64,000 nt of DNA from Candidatus Latescibacterota bacterium (GCA_965203355.1 OZ241889.1:1920001-1984000), one strand, 5' to 3'; positions 1 to 9,815 are shown, numbered from the stretch's first letter. Numbers and translations are program-made. Notes: generated by a model from the sequence alone, not told the origin.

Positions 1-17
1 GCGATGCGCCGCTGGTC

Positions 18-2081
18 GTGGATGGCGATCGCTCCACTGGTTGGTACCCCCATCTGGACGACCCCCCTGAAAGCTGGACCATTGAGATCGATTTGGGGCG
101 GGGCGTCTCCGCTCGTCGCGTCAAGTTGATCTTCGACCCCGCAGGCCCGGCCCCGCCGCTTTTTGACCTGTTGCTTTCCACGGGCGAACACGCGGTTGAC
201 GCGGTCGATACCCCCATCGCCGAAAGCGTCATCTACCGTCTGCGCGAGCGTTTCAAGGCGAACACGCGCCACGAGATCACCTATGAACTCGACCAGTCCT
301 TCCACACGCCGATCCAGTACGTGCGCTTGGATCTGCTCGCCCTCGAAGCGAACACCCGCCTGCTCGAAGTCGAGGTCGAAGCGCTGGGCGACAACATGGC
401 TTTGGGGATGCTCAAACGCGGCGGCAATCTCGAAGTCGTTCTCGATGCGTTCGTCGCGCAAGACCTCATTCCGCTGGGCAACGCCCAAGTGCTCATCGAC
501 GGCGACCTCTCCACCCGTTGGTTTGTCCGGCGCACCATCCAGGCCGAGCGCGATGTATTTTCGCACGTCATCCTCGATTTGGGTGCCACCTACTTTGTCG
601 ATACGTTCAAAATCGTCGGCGGCGTAGTCGCTCGGCCCGGCGGCGGCATCACGGCTGGTAGTGGTCAGGTCATCGACTTCTTCATCTCCCGACGCTCCTT
701 TGGGTTCAATTTCTACGAAGTGCTCGGTTCCGACGGATCCACGGCGCCCGATGGCACCCTGATCTGGCAGAAGCACTATTCCGGCACGGCGAGCGAATAC
801 GTCAGACAAGTAACCGGCGCGGCCACCCACGAGTTCGGGCTGGTGCCCACTCGCTTTATCCGGGTGCTGTGGAAGAGCTGGGACGCGAGCAATCGCTGGG
901 CCTTCCGGGGCTTTGCCGAGGAGCTTCAGGTGTTCGGCGAGGGCTTCCCGCAGAGCTTGGAATTTCGCTCGCATCTGCTTGACTTCCAAGGATCCAAAAG
1001 CCTCAACACCCTATCTTGGCAAGCCGACATCCCGCCGGGAACCCGGCTGGAAATACGCAGCCGCTCGGGCAACGAGATCAAAAACCGCTTCACCTACTAC
1101 GACAAAAACGGCAAGGAAGTCACCGAGAAGCGCTACGGCAAGCTGATTCCGAGCTTCAAGGGGCCTATTGACACGGCCCGGGTCATTGGCGGCGACTGGA
1201 GCGCGTGGAGTAAGCTATACGCCTTCTCTGGCCAAGCGTTTCAATCCCCTTCGCCGCGCCGCTACGCCCAAATTCAGCTGCGGATGGTCGCGGAAGATCC
1301 AGCGCTGGCACTCCAGCTTGACGCGCTCAGCATTGCCTTCAGCGACCCGTTATCCCTCGGTGCGGTCAGCGAAATTTTCCCGACTCAGGTTGCACCGGGC
1401 CAGGAAACCGAGTTTCGCTTTTTCTTGCGCCCGCGTGCGACCCAGGCATCCGGGTTTGACCGCCTCGTCTTGGAGACGCCGACGCCCGCCCGCTTTGTTC
1501 GCGCCTTGGTCAACGACGCGCCCGTAGCGGTTGAGCACCAGCCGGTCAAAGCGGGCTTTGCGGTGACGTTCCCTCAGCCGCTGCGCGACGACGACCTCGT
1601 CGAATTGCGCTTTGCCGCCCCAGTATTTCAGCAGTCCACTCCCTTCGTCCTCTTCATTCAAGACGCGCAGGCTGAGGACGCCGGCCGCCAGCGCGTCGAG
1701 CCCGGGGACGCCACCGACCAAGTCGCCAGCAGCACCAACGTCGTCGGGCTGCCCGTTGCCCGCGACCTCTTGCTCAACGTCGTCTTCGATACCGCCGTGC
1801 TGACGCCCAACGGCGACGGCATAAACGATGTGCTCGCCGTCCACGCCGACGTGATCAACATTCTCGAACCGCGCCCTTGGCACCTGCGGCTCTACGACTT
1901 GGCCGGCCGCGCACTCGTCGAGCGCGGGCAAGCTGTTACCGCAGGTGCTCAGGGCTTCACTTGGAATGGCCGCGACCAAGCCGGCCAACGGGTCCCGCCC
2001 GGTCTCTACGTGCTCGAACTCCACCTCGATGGAGACGCTCAGCAGCAGCGCGTCCGGCGCGTGATTGCCGTGGTGTATTGA
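18..2081 (+). CDS. Secreted protein, discoidin/F5-8-like N-terminal domains plus C-terminal FlgD-Ig / T9SS type-B-like tail (5' end lies outside the window)
   Basis: Frame open to the window edge; W.IEIDLGRGV..RRVKL discoidin-like motif; tail TPNGDGINDVL...LYDLAGR...WNGRDQAGQRVPPGLY...VIAVVY. Confidence 0.75.
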   Translation: MDGDRSTGWYPHLDDPPESWTIEIDLGRGVSARRVKLIFDPAGPAPPLFDLLLSTGEHAVDAVDTPIAESVIYRLRERFKANTRHEITYELDQSFHTPIQYVRLDLLALEANTRLLEVEVEALGDNMALGMLKRGGNLEVVLDAFVAQDLIPLGNAQVLIDGDLSTRWFVRRTIQAERDVFSHVILDLGATYFVDTFKIVGGVVARPGGGITAGSGQVIDFFISRRSFGFNFYEVLGSDGSTAPDGTLIWQKHYSGTASEYVRQVTGAATHEFGLVPTRFIRVLWKSWDASNRWAFRGFAEELQVFGEGFPQSLEFRSHLLDFQGSKSLNTLSWQADIPPGTRLEIRSRSGNEIKNRFTYYDKNGKEVTEKRYGKLIPSFKGPIDTARVIGGDWSAWSKLYAFSGQAFQSPSPRRYAQIQLRMVAEDPALALQLDALSIAFSDPLSLGAVSEIFPTQVAPGQETEFRFFLRPRATQASGFDRLVLETPTPARFVRALVNDAPVAVEHQPVKAGFAVTFPQPLRDDDLVELRFAAPVFQQSTPFVLFIQDAQAEDAGRQRVEPGDATDQVASSTNVVGLPVARDLLLNVVFDTAVLTPNGDGINDVLAVHADVINILEPRPWHLRLYDLAGRALVERGQAVTAGAQGFTWNGRDQAGQRVPPGLYVLELHLDGDAQQQRVRRVIAVVY

Positions 2082-2088
2082 AGCGGCC

Positions 2089-2183
2089 CATTCACCTTTG
2101 GAGCCAAGATGATAAAAGAGTACCGTCCGCCGCCATTTTCCGCGGCCCACAGAAGCGGTCCTGCACGCTGCGCGGCCGCGGCG
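2089..2183 (+). pseudogene. Eroded duplicate of the RBS and 5' end of the RraA-family gene at 3596
   Basis: cattcacctttggagccaagatgataaaaga and taccgtccgccgccattttccgcggcccacagaagcggtcctgc are identical to 3576-3662 apart from an internal deletion; tgcgcggccgcggcg matches 3705-3719. Confidence 0.85.
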
Positions 2184-2325
2184 ACACCGGCGACGCAGCG
2201 AAGATGGCGGGTAGCCGGTTGCTCTCTTTGCGATCGTGCGGGAGGGGTGGTTCCCGTGCTGATGGCTTGCAATTTCGGCGGCGATCACGAGTCGTTGCGG
2301 ATCAACAGAAATAGAATAAGACCAT

Positions 2326-2353
2326 CCCGCATCCTTCAGGCTTAGGATGCGGG
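2326..2353 (-). terminator. Hairpin over the ATPase stop codon, possible terminator
   Basis: cccgcatcct-N8-aggatgcggg, perfect 10-bp stem; no clear U tract. Confidence 0.4.
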
Positions 2354-3511
2354 CAGGCACTTCAGCAACCCTTGGACGGAGACGGCCCGGACGCCTGGAC
2401 AGAGCGCAGACAGGTTTTGCATATCGGGCGATGGCTGATACACGACTAGACGCTCGACTTCATATTCGTCAATGGCCTTATCTAGGCGCAACAGGGACCG
2501 GGCCGATATAGGGGCCACGGTACGTCCGGCCTTGGCTTCGACCAGCAACAGACGGGCGGGGCCAGAGGGTACGAGAAAATCGACCTCTAGTCCCTGCTGA
2601 TCGCGGAAGTAATACAATTCCCGGCGGTGGGCGGTATTGAGTTGATGCTTGGCGATTTCCGCGGCGATGAAGCTTTCAAAGAGCGCACCATAAAAAGGAG
2701 AAGTACGCAGGTCGGCGGCGGTCTCAATACCGAGGAGGTGGCAAGCCAAGCCCGAGTCGGCTAGGTATATTTTGGGCGATTTGATGAGCCGCTTGCCAAA
2801 GTTGCGGTAAAAGGGCGGCACCAAAATGATCTGGGCGGTGATTTCGAGGATGTTCAGCCAAGCGGAAATCGTCGGCACAGATAGCCCGAGCGGCGCGGCT
2901 AAGTCGGTCTTGTTGAGGATTTGGCCGCAGCGGCTGGCCACCAGCGCAATGAAGCGGCGGAAGGTGGCTAAGTCGCCAATGGCACTGACGGCCCGCACAT
3001 CTCGCTCCAGATAGGTCTGGACGTACGAGGCGAACCAAGTGCGGGCCGCCGCGGGCCGGGCCAACACTTCGGGGAAGCCGCCTCTGAGCAGGGAGGTCGC
3101 GGGGGTTTCCTGCACGGACATGGGCATGAGCTGGAAGACCGCCACCCGCCCGGCCATGGATTCGGTCACGCCACGCATGAGAGGTGCTTCTTGCGAGCCA
3201 GTGAGAATCCACTGGCCCATCTGGTCGGCGTGCGCGTCAATGCGGGTGCGAATATAGCCGAGTAGTTCGGGGACGTTCTGGATTTCGTCCAAGATAACGG
3301 GCGGGCGAATCGCGTCGAGAAAGGCCCGGGGGTCCGAGCGCAAGCGGGCGATGATATCGGGATCTTCGACTAGGTAGTACTCAGCCCGGGGAAACAGATG
3401 GCGCAATAGGGTGGTCTTGCCGGCGCGGCGCGGGCCGGTCAGGAGCACCGCGGGAAAGTGCCGAAAGGCTTGGCGGAGTTCGGGTTCAAGGAGGCGCGAG
3501 ATGTATTTCAT
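2342..3511 (-). CDS. AAA+ ATPase (AAA_14 + DUF4143 type)
   Basis: Walker A GPRRAGKTT, Walker B ILDEIQ, LTGS, KRLIKSPKIYLADSGL, YYFRDQQGLEVDF, EAK. Confidence 0.9.
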   Translation of the reverse strand: MKYISRLLEPELRQAFRHFPAVLLTGPRRAGKTTLLRHLFPRAEYYLVEDPDIIARLRSDPRAFLDAIRPPVILDEIQNVPELLGYIRTRIDAHADQMGQWILTGSQEAPLMRGVTESMAGRVAVFQLMPMSVQETPATSLLRGGFPEVLARPAAARTWFASYVQTYLERDVRAVSAIGDLATFRRFIALVASRCGQILNKTDLAAPLGLSVPTISAWLNILEITAQIILVPPFYRNFGKRLIKSPKIYLADSGLACHLLGIETAADLRTSPFYGALFESFIAAEIAKHQLNTAHRRELYYFRDQQGLEVDFLVPSGPARLLLVEAKAGRTVAPISARSLLRLDKAIDEYEVERLVVYQPSPDMQNLSALCPGVRAVSVQGLLKCLPAS

Positions 3512-3595
3512 GTTTGAGAAATATGAAGTAATACCTTAGAAAACTCAATCTAAAATTTGACAACTACCTTTCTCTCATTCACCTTTGGAGCCAAG

Positions 3596-4285
3596 ATGAT
3601 AAAAGACCCGCCGCTACTTACCGTCCGCCGCCATTTTCCGCGGCCCACAGAAGCGGTCCTGCGCGCGCTGCGCCATGTTCCCACTGGCTTTATCGTCGAT
3701 TGCATGCGCGGCCGCGGCGCGCTCGACTACCGCATCAAGCCGCTCGATTCCAATACCTGCCAGTTCGTCGCACCCATCGTCACCTGTCATCCGGGGCCGG
3801 GCGACAACCTCGCGGTCTTTGCCGCGCTCGAGATCGCGCAGCGAGGGGACGCGATCTTCATCGCCACGGATACCTTCACCAAGACAGCGGTGGCCGGGGA
3901 CAACATGATGGCCATGGGGCGCAACCGCGGCATCACCGGCTTTGTCACCGACGGCCTGATGCGCGACATAGATGGGATCTTGCCGGTTGGTTTGCCCGCC
4001 TTTTGCCGGGGCATTACGCCCAACTCCTGTACCCGCAATGGCCCGGGCACGGCCGGGATGCCGGTGGTCATGGGCGGGATCTGCGTGGATGCGGGCGAGA
4101 TCGCGGTTGCCGACCGCGACGGGGTCGTGGTCATTCCCCACGACCAGTTCGATCACGTCTGTGCAACGCTGCCCCAAGTACGCGAGGCCGAGGAAAATCT
4201 CGCTCGCCAGGTCCGCTTAGGTTTGGACAATATGGCGGAGATGCGCGCGTTGCTCGACTCGGACCGCACCGAGCACGTCGACTAA
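3596..4285 (+). CDS. RraA family / HMG-aldolase-like protein
   Basis: PGDNLA, AVAGDNM, VTDGLMRDIDG, ADRDGVVVIP; ATG at 3596 after GGAG. Confidence 0.85.
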   Translation: MIKDPPLLTVRRHFPRPTEAVLRALRHVPTGFIVDCMRGRGALDYRIKPLDSNTCQFVAPIVTCHPGPGDNLAVFAALEIAQRGDAIFIATDTFTKTAVAGDNMMAMGRNRGITGFVTDGLMRDIDGILPVGLPAFCRGITPNSCTRNGPGTAGMPVVMGGICVDAGEIAVADRDGVVVIPHDQFDHVCATLPQVREAEENLARQVRLGLDNMAEMRALLDSDRTEHVD

Positions 4286-6282
4286 TTTTCGCTGATCACC
4301 AAGCTCGGCTGGTCGAGTGCTACCGCAGGCAACCGCTCGGCCTGTAGCTCTTCTGCGGTCCCGTCGGCTAGGCGGTAAAGCCGCGCCGGTCCCGCCAGCT
4401 CAGTAGCAGGAGCCACCGCTCCGGCGTCCGCTGGTAATAGCAGGGCCAACGTGCGGGTCGGTCCGCGGAGCAGCCGCGCTGTTGCGCGGTCGCCCGCTGC
4501 GCTAGCCGCCTCGGGAAAGGACACGCGGAAGCGTTGCAGCAGGGCGTTGAGGCACCGCAAGACGCCAAAGACGGGGCGGGGATTGCACCGGGGATCCAAA
4601 AGCCCCCGGCCGACCTCCATGGTGCGATCCAGATCGATAAAAGGCTCGACAAAAAGCCGCGCCCTCGGCAGCAACGCCGTGGCAAAAAGCGCCTCGGCGG
4701 CCCGGACGGCATCGTCTTGGTCGCTTTGCCCCGGCAACTCAAAGAGCAAATCCAGCCGCCCCATCGTGGCCAAGGCACGTACCTCGCGCCAAGCCAAGGC
4801 ATCTTCCCAAGGGGCCGTTGCGTCCAGTCGGCACAGGGCTGCTTCTATCCATGTATCCGCGTCCTGCAATCGCCGGTCGAGTTGGACTATTTCGTCGGGT
4901 CGGTAGCCGATTCGGGTGCGGGGGTGCTGCTTGCCGGCTAGCTGTTGGCCGGGGAGCACCGGGGCCAAAGACAGCCGCAAGTTGCGGTGGTAGCTCTTGA
5001 ACAAATACAGACACGCCGACGAGGGCCAAGGTGCCCCCGGCGTCTGGATTTCCCAAGTATCCACTTGGTCGCGGCGACTTTCCAAGATGGACTCGTACGG
5101 CGTGGCTTCGTCGTCGAGAATGGTCGCCTGCACTTGGACGCCTTGGCGGCGCAAAAAGCGCAGGCGGTCGCCGGACGAAGCCAAATCGGTCCAAGGGCAG
5201 CGCAGGGCTTGTGCGCCCAACTCCAGACAAGCCAACAGGGGATAGTCGTTGCGCACGGGCTGACGCACTACCGAGGGAAAGGTTATGGGGACTTCCGTTT
5301 CCCAGCCTAGTGGGTGGGTTGCGGTCAGCCCTAATGGAGCCCCGCCCAAATCGGCGGTCGCTGGGGTGAGCAATCGCCGCGGACCCGATGGCCCGTTTTG
5401 TGCCCCGGCCGTGCGGATTAGGTGGATGTCGAGTCGGTTGTGGCGCAGACGACAGAGGAAAAAACCCAACTTGGGCTGGTCGTCGCGGCCCTGCTCGGGC
5501 GGTGGTGCGCTGCTGAACAAATGGCTAAAACCGGGCCGCGTAAAAGAAGTGGAAGGGACGGTGCGATAGTGCAAGGCGCTGGCCGGTTCGCAAAAGGCAA
5601 AATGCACGTGGGCCGCAAAGAGCCAAGCTACCCGGTGGGCGGCCAGCAATTGTAGCAGCCACGTGCGGGCTGGTTCGCCGATGTTGTCGTAGTGGCCTAC
5701 ATGCGGCTCGGTGGGGGTGTGCAAGTAGGGCGGCAAGTGCAAAAATACCGCGATGCGCGTCTGGGCGTGTGCGGCTAAGTCGGCTTCCAACCAAGCCCTT
5801 TGCTCTTCCTCGGCTGGCAGGCTGGTGTTCAGGATCTGGCTGTTGAGCACCACCACGTGCAGGTCGTGATAGTCAAAGCTGTACCAAGACGGACCAAAGC
5901 GCCGGTGGTAGGCGTCCAAGCCTTCGGGCGCGACCGGATGCGTGGGCATGGTGGGATCGGGTTTGTCGCCCACGTCGTGATTGCCAGCGACCCAGCGCGG
6001 CTGCACACCGCAGGCGGCTATCTGCGCGAGGGCTTGGTCTAAGGCCGGGCCAAAGCCCGCGCTTTGCGGGTACTCCTGCACCACGTCGCCCATGTGGACG
6101 ACAAAATCCGGCTCCAAGGCGGCTACCAAGCGCAAAGCCGCGTCCGCCCGTCGGCTCTGTTGGGCGCGGGAGCGGAATTCGTCCATTCCGACGCCCCCGG
6201 CTAGCGCATAGTGGGTATCGGCGATGACGACAAATTCGCCTAGGGCCTCGGGCAACAGCGTGCGGTCGAATAGGATGGACAT
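4282..6282 (-). CDS. Calcineurin-like metallophosphoesterase with a ~370-aa C-terminal extension
   Basis: ADTH, HMGDVV, GNHDVG, FLHLP, AHVH metal-binding motifs. Confidence 0.8.
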   Translation of the reverse strand: MSILFDRTLLPEALGEFVVIADTHYALAGGVGMDEFRSRAQQSRRADAALRLVAALEPDFVVHMGDVVQEYPQSAGFGPALDQALAQIAACGVQPRWVAGNHDVGDKPDPTMPTHPVAPEGLDAYHRRFGPSWYSFDYHDLHVVVLNSQILNTSLPAEEEQRAWLEADLAAHAQTRIAVFLHLPPYLHTPTEPHVGHYDNIGEPARTWLLQLLAAHRVAWLFAAHVHFAFCEPASALHYRTVPSTSFTRPGFSHLFSSAPPPEQGRDDQPKLGFFLCRLRHNRLDIHLIRTAGAQNGPSGPRRLLTPATADLGGAPLGLTATHPLGWETEVPITFPSVVRQPVRNDYPLLACLELGAQALRCPWTDLASSGDRLRFLRRQGVQVQATILDDEATPYESILESRRDQVDTWEIQTPGAPWPSSACLYLFKSYHRNLRLSLAPVLPGQQLAGKQHPRTRIGYRPDEIVQLDRRLQDADTWIEAALCRLDATAPWEDALAWREVRALATMGRLDLLFELPGQSDQDDAVRAAEALFATALLPRARLFVEPFIDLDRTMEVGRGLLDPRCNPRPVFGVLRCLNALLQRFRVSFPEAASAAGDRATARLLRGPTRTLALLLPADAGAVAPATELAGPARLYRLADGTAEELQAERLPAVALDQPSLVISEN

Positions 6283-6286
6283 AGCG

Positions 6287-8017
6287 TTATCTAACGGGGC
6301 GCAAATTGAGCAATACCAACAGCCAAGACCGCGCCCAATACGAAGTGTTCATGTAGGGGTTCTCGGCCGAAGGCCAGCCCGTCCAGTACGTCTCGTTGAC
6401 TGGAATCCGGTGCGGCCACTGCACGAGCGGAATCGCCGGTAGCTCGGCCAGCCAAATGGCCATGGCCTGCCGGTAAATCGCCATCATCTCGGGCGCGTCG
6501 TTGGGCGTCTGCGCCATGCGATCGACTAGCGCGTCGAAATCGGCGTTTTGCCAGCGCCAGTAGTGCTCGGCCGGCTCGCCGGTCGGTCTGGCGAAGCGGC
6601 TGTGGTAGTGGCTCAGCACTTGGTAGGGATCGCGCATGGAGCTTAGGTTGCCAAACATAAAAGCGCGTGCCTCGCCTTGGGCCACCCGCGAAGTGTAATC
6701 CGCCGTCATGCGGAATGAGGCGTCGAAACCCGCCGCTTGGAGCTGGGCGACCAAAACCGGCGTCAGGTCTTGGAAGTGCGCGAAGATGTCGATGACGAGC
6801 GACAACGCCGCGCCGTCCTTCGTCCAGAAGCCATCCGCCCCCCGCATCCATCCCTTGCGCGACAGAATCGCCGCGGTGCGCGCGGTGTCGTGGACGCCGA
6901 TCTCGTAGCGGTCGATTAGATCCGCGGCCGCGGCAAAGTAGGGCTGCATTTGCGGCACGTCTGGCAGCGGCAACAGCGCGTAGTCGCCCGAGTTCTGCCA
7001 GCCGATTTCGACTAGCTGTTGGCGGTTGATGGCGAAGTGGATCGCCCGGCGGATTTCGGGATCGTCGAAAGGGGCCTCCATATTGTTAAACCCGAGCGCA
7101 ACGGCCCACGGCGTCATGTAGCTATAGGGCGGCTCGCGCCCGGTCCAGGTGCTCATTTTGTCGTGTTGTTCGAGCAGGGTAATGATGTTGGACGGGCGGA
7201 GTTCCAAACAGGTGTCGAGCTTGTTGGCCAGCAGGCTCTGCACTCGCTGGTGTTCTTCCATATAGGGCAGAAAGATCAACCGCTCGACTTGTGGCAGCGC
7301 GTGGAAGCCGACCTGGGCCGCCCACCAGTCTGGCCGCCGATCCCAGATCCGCTGCGCTGGCTCCGACAGTGCAATGCGATACGGCCCGGTGACCACCGGC
7401 TCGTAATTGGCAAAGCGCAAGGGATCTTGTCCCTCCCAGATATGTTTGGGGACGATAGGCACTCCGTTGCCGTGGTTGTGGGTGAAATAACTGAACAGAA
7501 AGCGCGGGTTCGGCGACTTGAGGACGATCTTGGCCGTCAAGCTGTCGAGCGCCACGGCCTTTTGGACCGCGGTCTCCATGTCCGTTGAGAACACCAGATT
7601 CGGCGCGTGTTCTTTGAGCATATTGACCGTAAAGACAAAGTCGTGCGCGGTCCACGGCTGCCCGTCGCTCCACGCCACGCCCGGACGTATATTGACCACG
7701 ACTTCGGTGTAGTCGGCGTTAAATCGGTGTCCGGTGGCGATCCACGGCAGCGGTTCGGCGTCGGCCTGGTAGCCGTTGAAGAAGTAGAGTGGCTCGTAGA
7801 GAAACTGATAGCCGATCCGCGAGATTCCGCCCGGCACGAAGGGGTTGAAGGTGTTGTAGTCTTGGATCTGGCCGCCGCAGGTGTTGCTCTCGGCGCAATC
7901 GACGATCAGGGTGCGGTGGCGCGGCACTTGCCGCAAACCGTCCGGCGTTTGTTCGTTGCCACAGGCTACCAAAACGAGGCCGCAGCCGAGGGCCCAATGC
8001 CTAGCGCGTTTTCTCAT
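6287..8017 (-). CDS. ABC transporter family-5 substrate-binding lipoprotein
   Basis: Lipobox LVAC; LYEPL, IRPGVAWSDGQPWTAHDFVFT, PVVTGPY, PFDDPEIRRAIHFAINR; start at 8017 or 8065. Confidence 0.9.
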   Translation of the reverse strand: MRKRARHWALGCGLVLVACGNEQTPDGLRQVPRHRTLIVDCAESNTCGGQIQDYNTFNPFVPGGISRIGYQFLYEPLYFFNGYQADAEPLPWIATGHRFNADYTEVVVNIRPGVAWSDGQPWTAHDFVFTVNMLKEHAPNLVFSTDMETAVQKAVALDSLTAKIVLKSPNPRFLFSYFTHNHGNGVPIVPKHIWEGQDPLRFANYEPVVTGPYRIALSEPAQRIWDRRPDWWAAQVGFHALPQVERLIFLPYMEEHQRVQSLLANKLDTCLELRPSNIITLLEQHDKMSTWTGREPPYSYMTPWAVALGFNNMEAPFDDPEIRRAIHFAINRQQLVEIGWQNSGDYALLPLPDVPQMQPYFAAAADLIDRYEIGVHDTARTAAILSRKGWMRGADGFWTKDGAALSLVIDIFAHFQDLTPVLVAQLQAAGFDASFRMTADYTSRVAQGEARAFMFGNLSSMRDPYQVLSHYHSRFARPTGEPAEHYWRWQNADFDALVDRMAQTPNDAPEMMAIYRQAMAIWLAELPAIPLVQWPHRIPVNETYWTGWPSAENPYMNTSYWARSWLLVLLNLRPVR

Positions 8018-8111
8018 ATTCGCCTTTTTGTGCGAGACTTTAGTTGTACTGCGTTTAGGTAACATAACGCGCCGCGTTGTCGGCTGTCCATATCTGCTTT
8101 TGCGCCGTCCC

Positions 8112-8140
8112 TTGAGCGCGTGGACCGCGTGCTTTAATAT
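8112..8140 (+). promoter_or_regulatory. Possible sigma70 promoter for the aldo/keto reductase
   Basis: TTGAGC-17-TAATAT. Confidence 0.35.
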
Positions 8141-8195
8141 GGAGTCCGCCTTTCTTTTGCCATCGAGTTATAGTAGATAAAAGGGAGTTAAATCC

Positions 8196-9059
8196 ATGAG
8201 TAAGCTACCGCGTCGCAAGATGGGGCGCACGGGCATGCAGCCCCGAGCACTCGGCATGGGCGCCGCTTTTGTCGGTGCATCTGGCGAGGCCGAGACCATC
8301 GCCACGATCGAACGTGCGCTCGATTTGGGTATCGACTATTTCGACAGCTATGCTGGCCGCAACGAGGAGCACTGGGGGAAGGCGTTAGCTGGCGTTGAGC
8401 GGTCGAGCTATTACATGCAGGCCAAGGTCGGCCCGCACCCGGAGCGTCCCAAGGATTTTTCCGCCGAGGCCACGCGCTGGAGCGTCGAACAAAGCCTGCA
8501 ATCGCTTCGCGTCAATTACCTCGACGCCGTGCTCGTCCACGACCCACCCGATGTGGCCGATCCGTTAGGCCCCGGTCGCGCCTTTGATGAGCTGCAGAAG
8601 ATGAAGGAAGAGGGTTTGGTGCGCCACATTGGTTTGGGGGTCCGCGACCACGACTTCCACCGCGCCGCCATTGAGGCTGGCCACGCCGAGATTGTCCTCG
8701 CGTTTCTCGACTACACGCTGCTCGACCAGTCCGTCGCCCGCACCACCATGCGCTTGGCCAAAAAGCACGGCACGGGTCTGATCTTGGCCAGCGTCTTCGG
8801 CATGGGTCGCTTGACCGGCATTGAGCCGGACCGGGCGGCTGAGCCGCGTGCGCACGCGATGTGGGCGTGGTGCCAAGCGCAGGATGTGGACATCAAGCAC
8901 TTGGCCATGCAGTTCTGTCTTGACGCGCCCATCAACGGCATCGTCATGAGCGGCCCAGCCGACCGCTATCAGCTTCAGGACGCGTACGACGCAGCGACGC
9001 AGGAAGTGCCCACCGAAATTTGGGAGGCGTTTGAGGAACGGTTTGGTTTTGGGATTTAG
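8196..9059 (+). CDS. Aldo/keto reductase
   Basis: RRKMGRTG, ALDLGIDYFDS, SVEQSLQSLRVNYLDAVLVHDP, KEEGLVRHIGLG. Confidence 0.9.
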   Translation: MSKLPRRKMGRTGMQPRALGMGAAFVGASGEAETIATIERALDLGIDYFDSYAGRNEEHWGKALAGVERSSYYMQAKVGPHPERPKDFSAEATRWSVEQSLQSLRVNYLDAVLVHDPPDVADPLGPGRAFDELQKMKEEGLVRHIGLGVRDHDFHRAAIEAGHAEIVLAFLDYTLLDQSVARTTMRLAKKHGTGLILASVFGMGRLTGIEPDRAAEPRAHAMWAWCQAQDVDIKHLAMQFCLDAPINGIVMSGPADRYQLQDAYDAATQEVPTEIWEAFEERFGFGI

Positions 9060-9148
9060 TGGTCAGTGACCAGTGATCGGTGACCAGTGACCAGTGACCA
9101 CTGATCAGTCCTTACACTGACCACTGACCACTGACCACTGACCACTAA
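9056..9148. repeat. Tandem heptamer array (ACCAGTG/ACCACTG) with inverted ends
   Basis: About 12 units of ACCA(G/C)TG-like 7-mers; ttagtggtcagtg (9056-9068) is the reverse complement of cactgaccactaa (9136-9148). Confidence 0.85.
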
Positions 9149-9163
9149 CCGGAGGTTTTGAGT

Positions 9164-9748
9164 ATGTGGCGTGAATTGACATTTCCGACCAACGCCTTAA
9201 AGGACGCGGTACTTGTTATTGAAGATGATCGTGCGAGCGTACTCGCTGATCCGCTTCGTTGGCGCATCCTCGAAATCCTTGGAGACGGGAAGTCGGTGGC
9301 GGACATTGCGGAGACATTGGACGTTACCAATGCGCGGGTGTTGTACCACTTGCAACGGCTAGCGCAAACAGGGGTCGTACATTTGGCGGAAGATGGAGCC
9401 GCTCCCCAAGAATGGCGTTGTTTGCCAGCGGTAGGCAAAATTCGCGTTCGGGAGATTCTTTCGGCGGAGGCCATGCCAGCGGATGTAGTCGGCCAGTTCA
9501 ATCAAGCGTTGCGCGAAGCGGCCGAAGGCTTATACGGCTCGACATTCCAGTTGTCAATCAACCACAACCGCGCCCGGCTCTCTGAAGAACAGGCCGCCGA
9601 ATTTGGTCGCCGATTATTGGCGCTTGTAGAAGAGTACTTTCCGCCGGGAAAAGGGGATCGACAGGGCCTTAAATACGGGTTTTATGGAATTCTCACGCCG
9701 ATTGATCTGCATCCGCTCGAGGATTCGGAGACTGAGGAGCCTTTTTAA
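9164..9748 (+). CDS. ArsR-like winged-helix transcriptional regulator
   Basis: LADPLRWRILEILG..KSVADIAETL.....VLYHLQRLAQTGVV; GGAGG at 9151. Confidence 0.8.
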   Translation: MWRELTFPTNALKDAVLVIEDDRASVLADPLRWRILEILGDGKSVADIAETLDVTNARVLYHLQRLAQTGVVHLAEDGAAPQEWRCLPAVGKIRVREILSAEAMPADVVGQFNQALREAAEGLYGSTFQLSINHNRARLSEEQAAEFGRRLLALVEEYFPPGKGDRQGLKYGFYGILTPIDLHPLEDSETEEPF

Positions 9749-9815
9749 GATTGTTCTTAGTAATACGACCAGTGCGTGCCATTTCGCGTTTGGTTTAGGC
9801 GGTGCGGTTCGCTGC

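Noticed and set aside
9056-9148. CRISPR array
   Set aside because: 7-bp contiguous units without spacers; no cas genes
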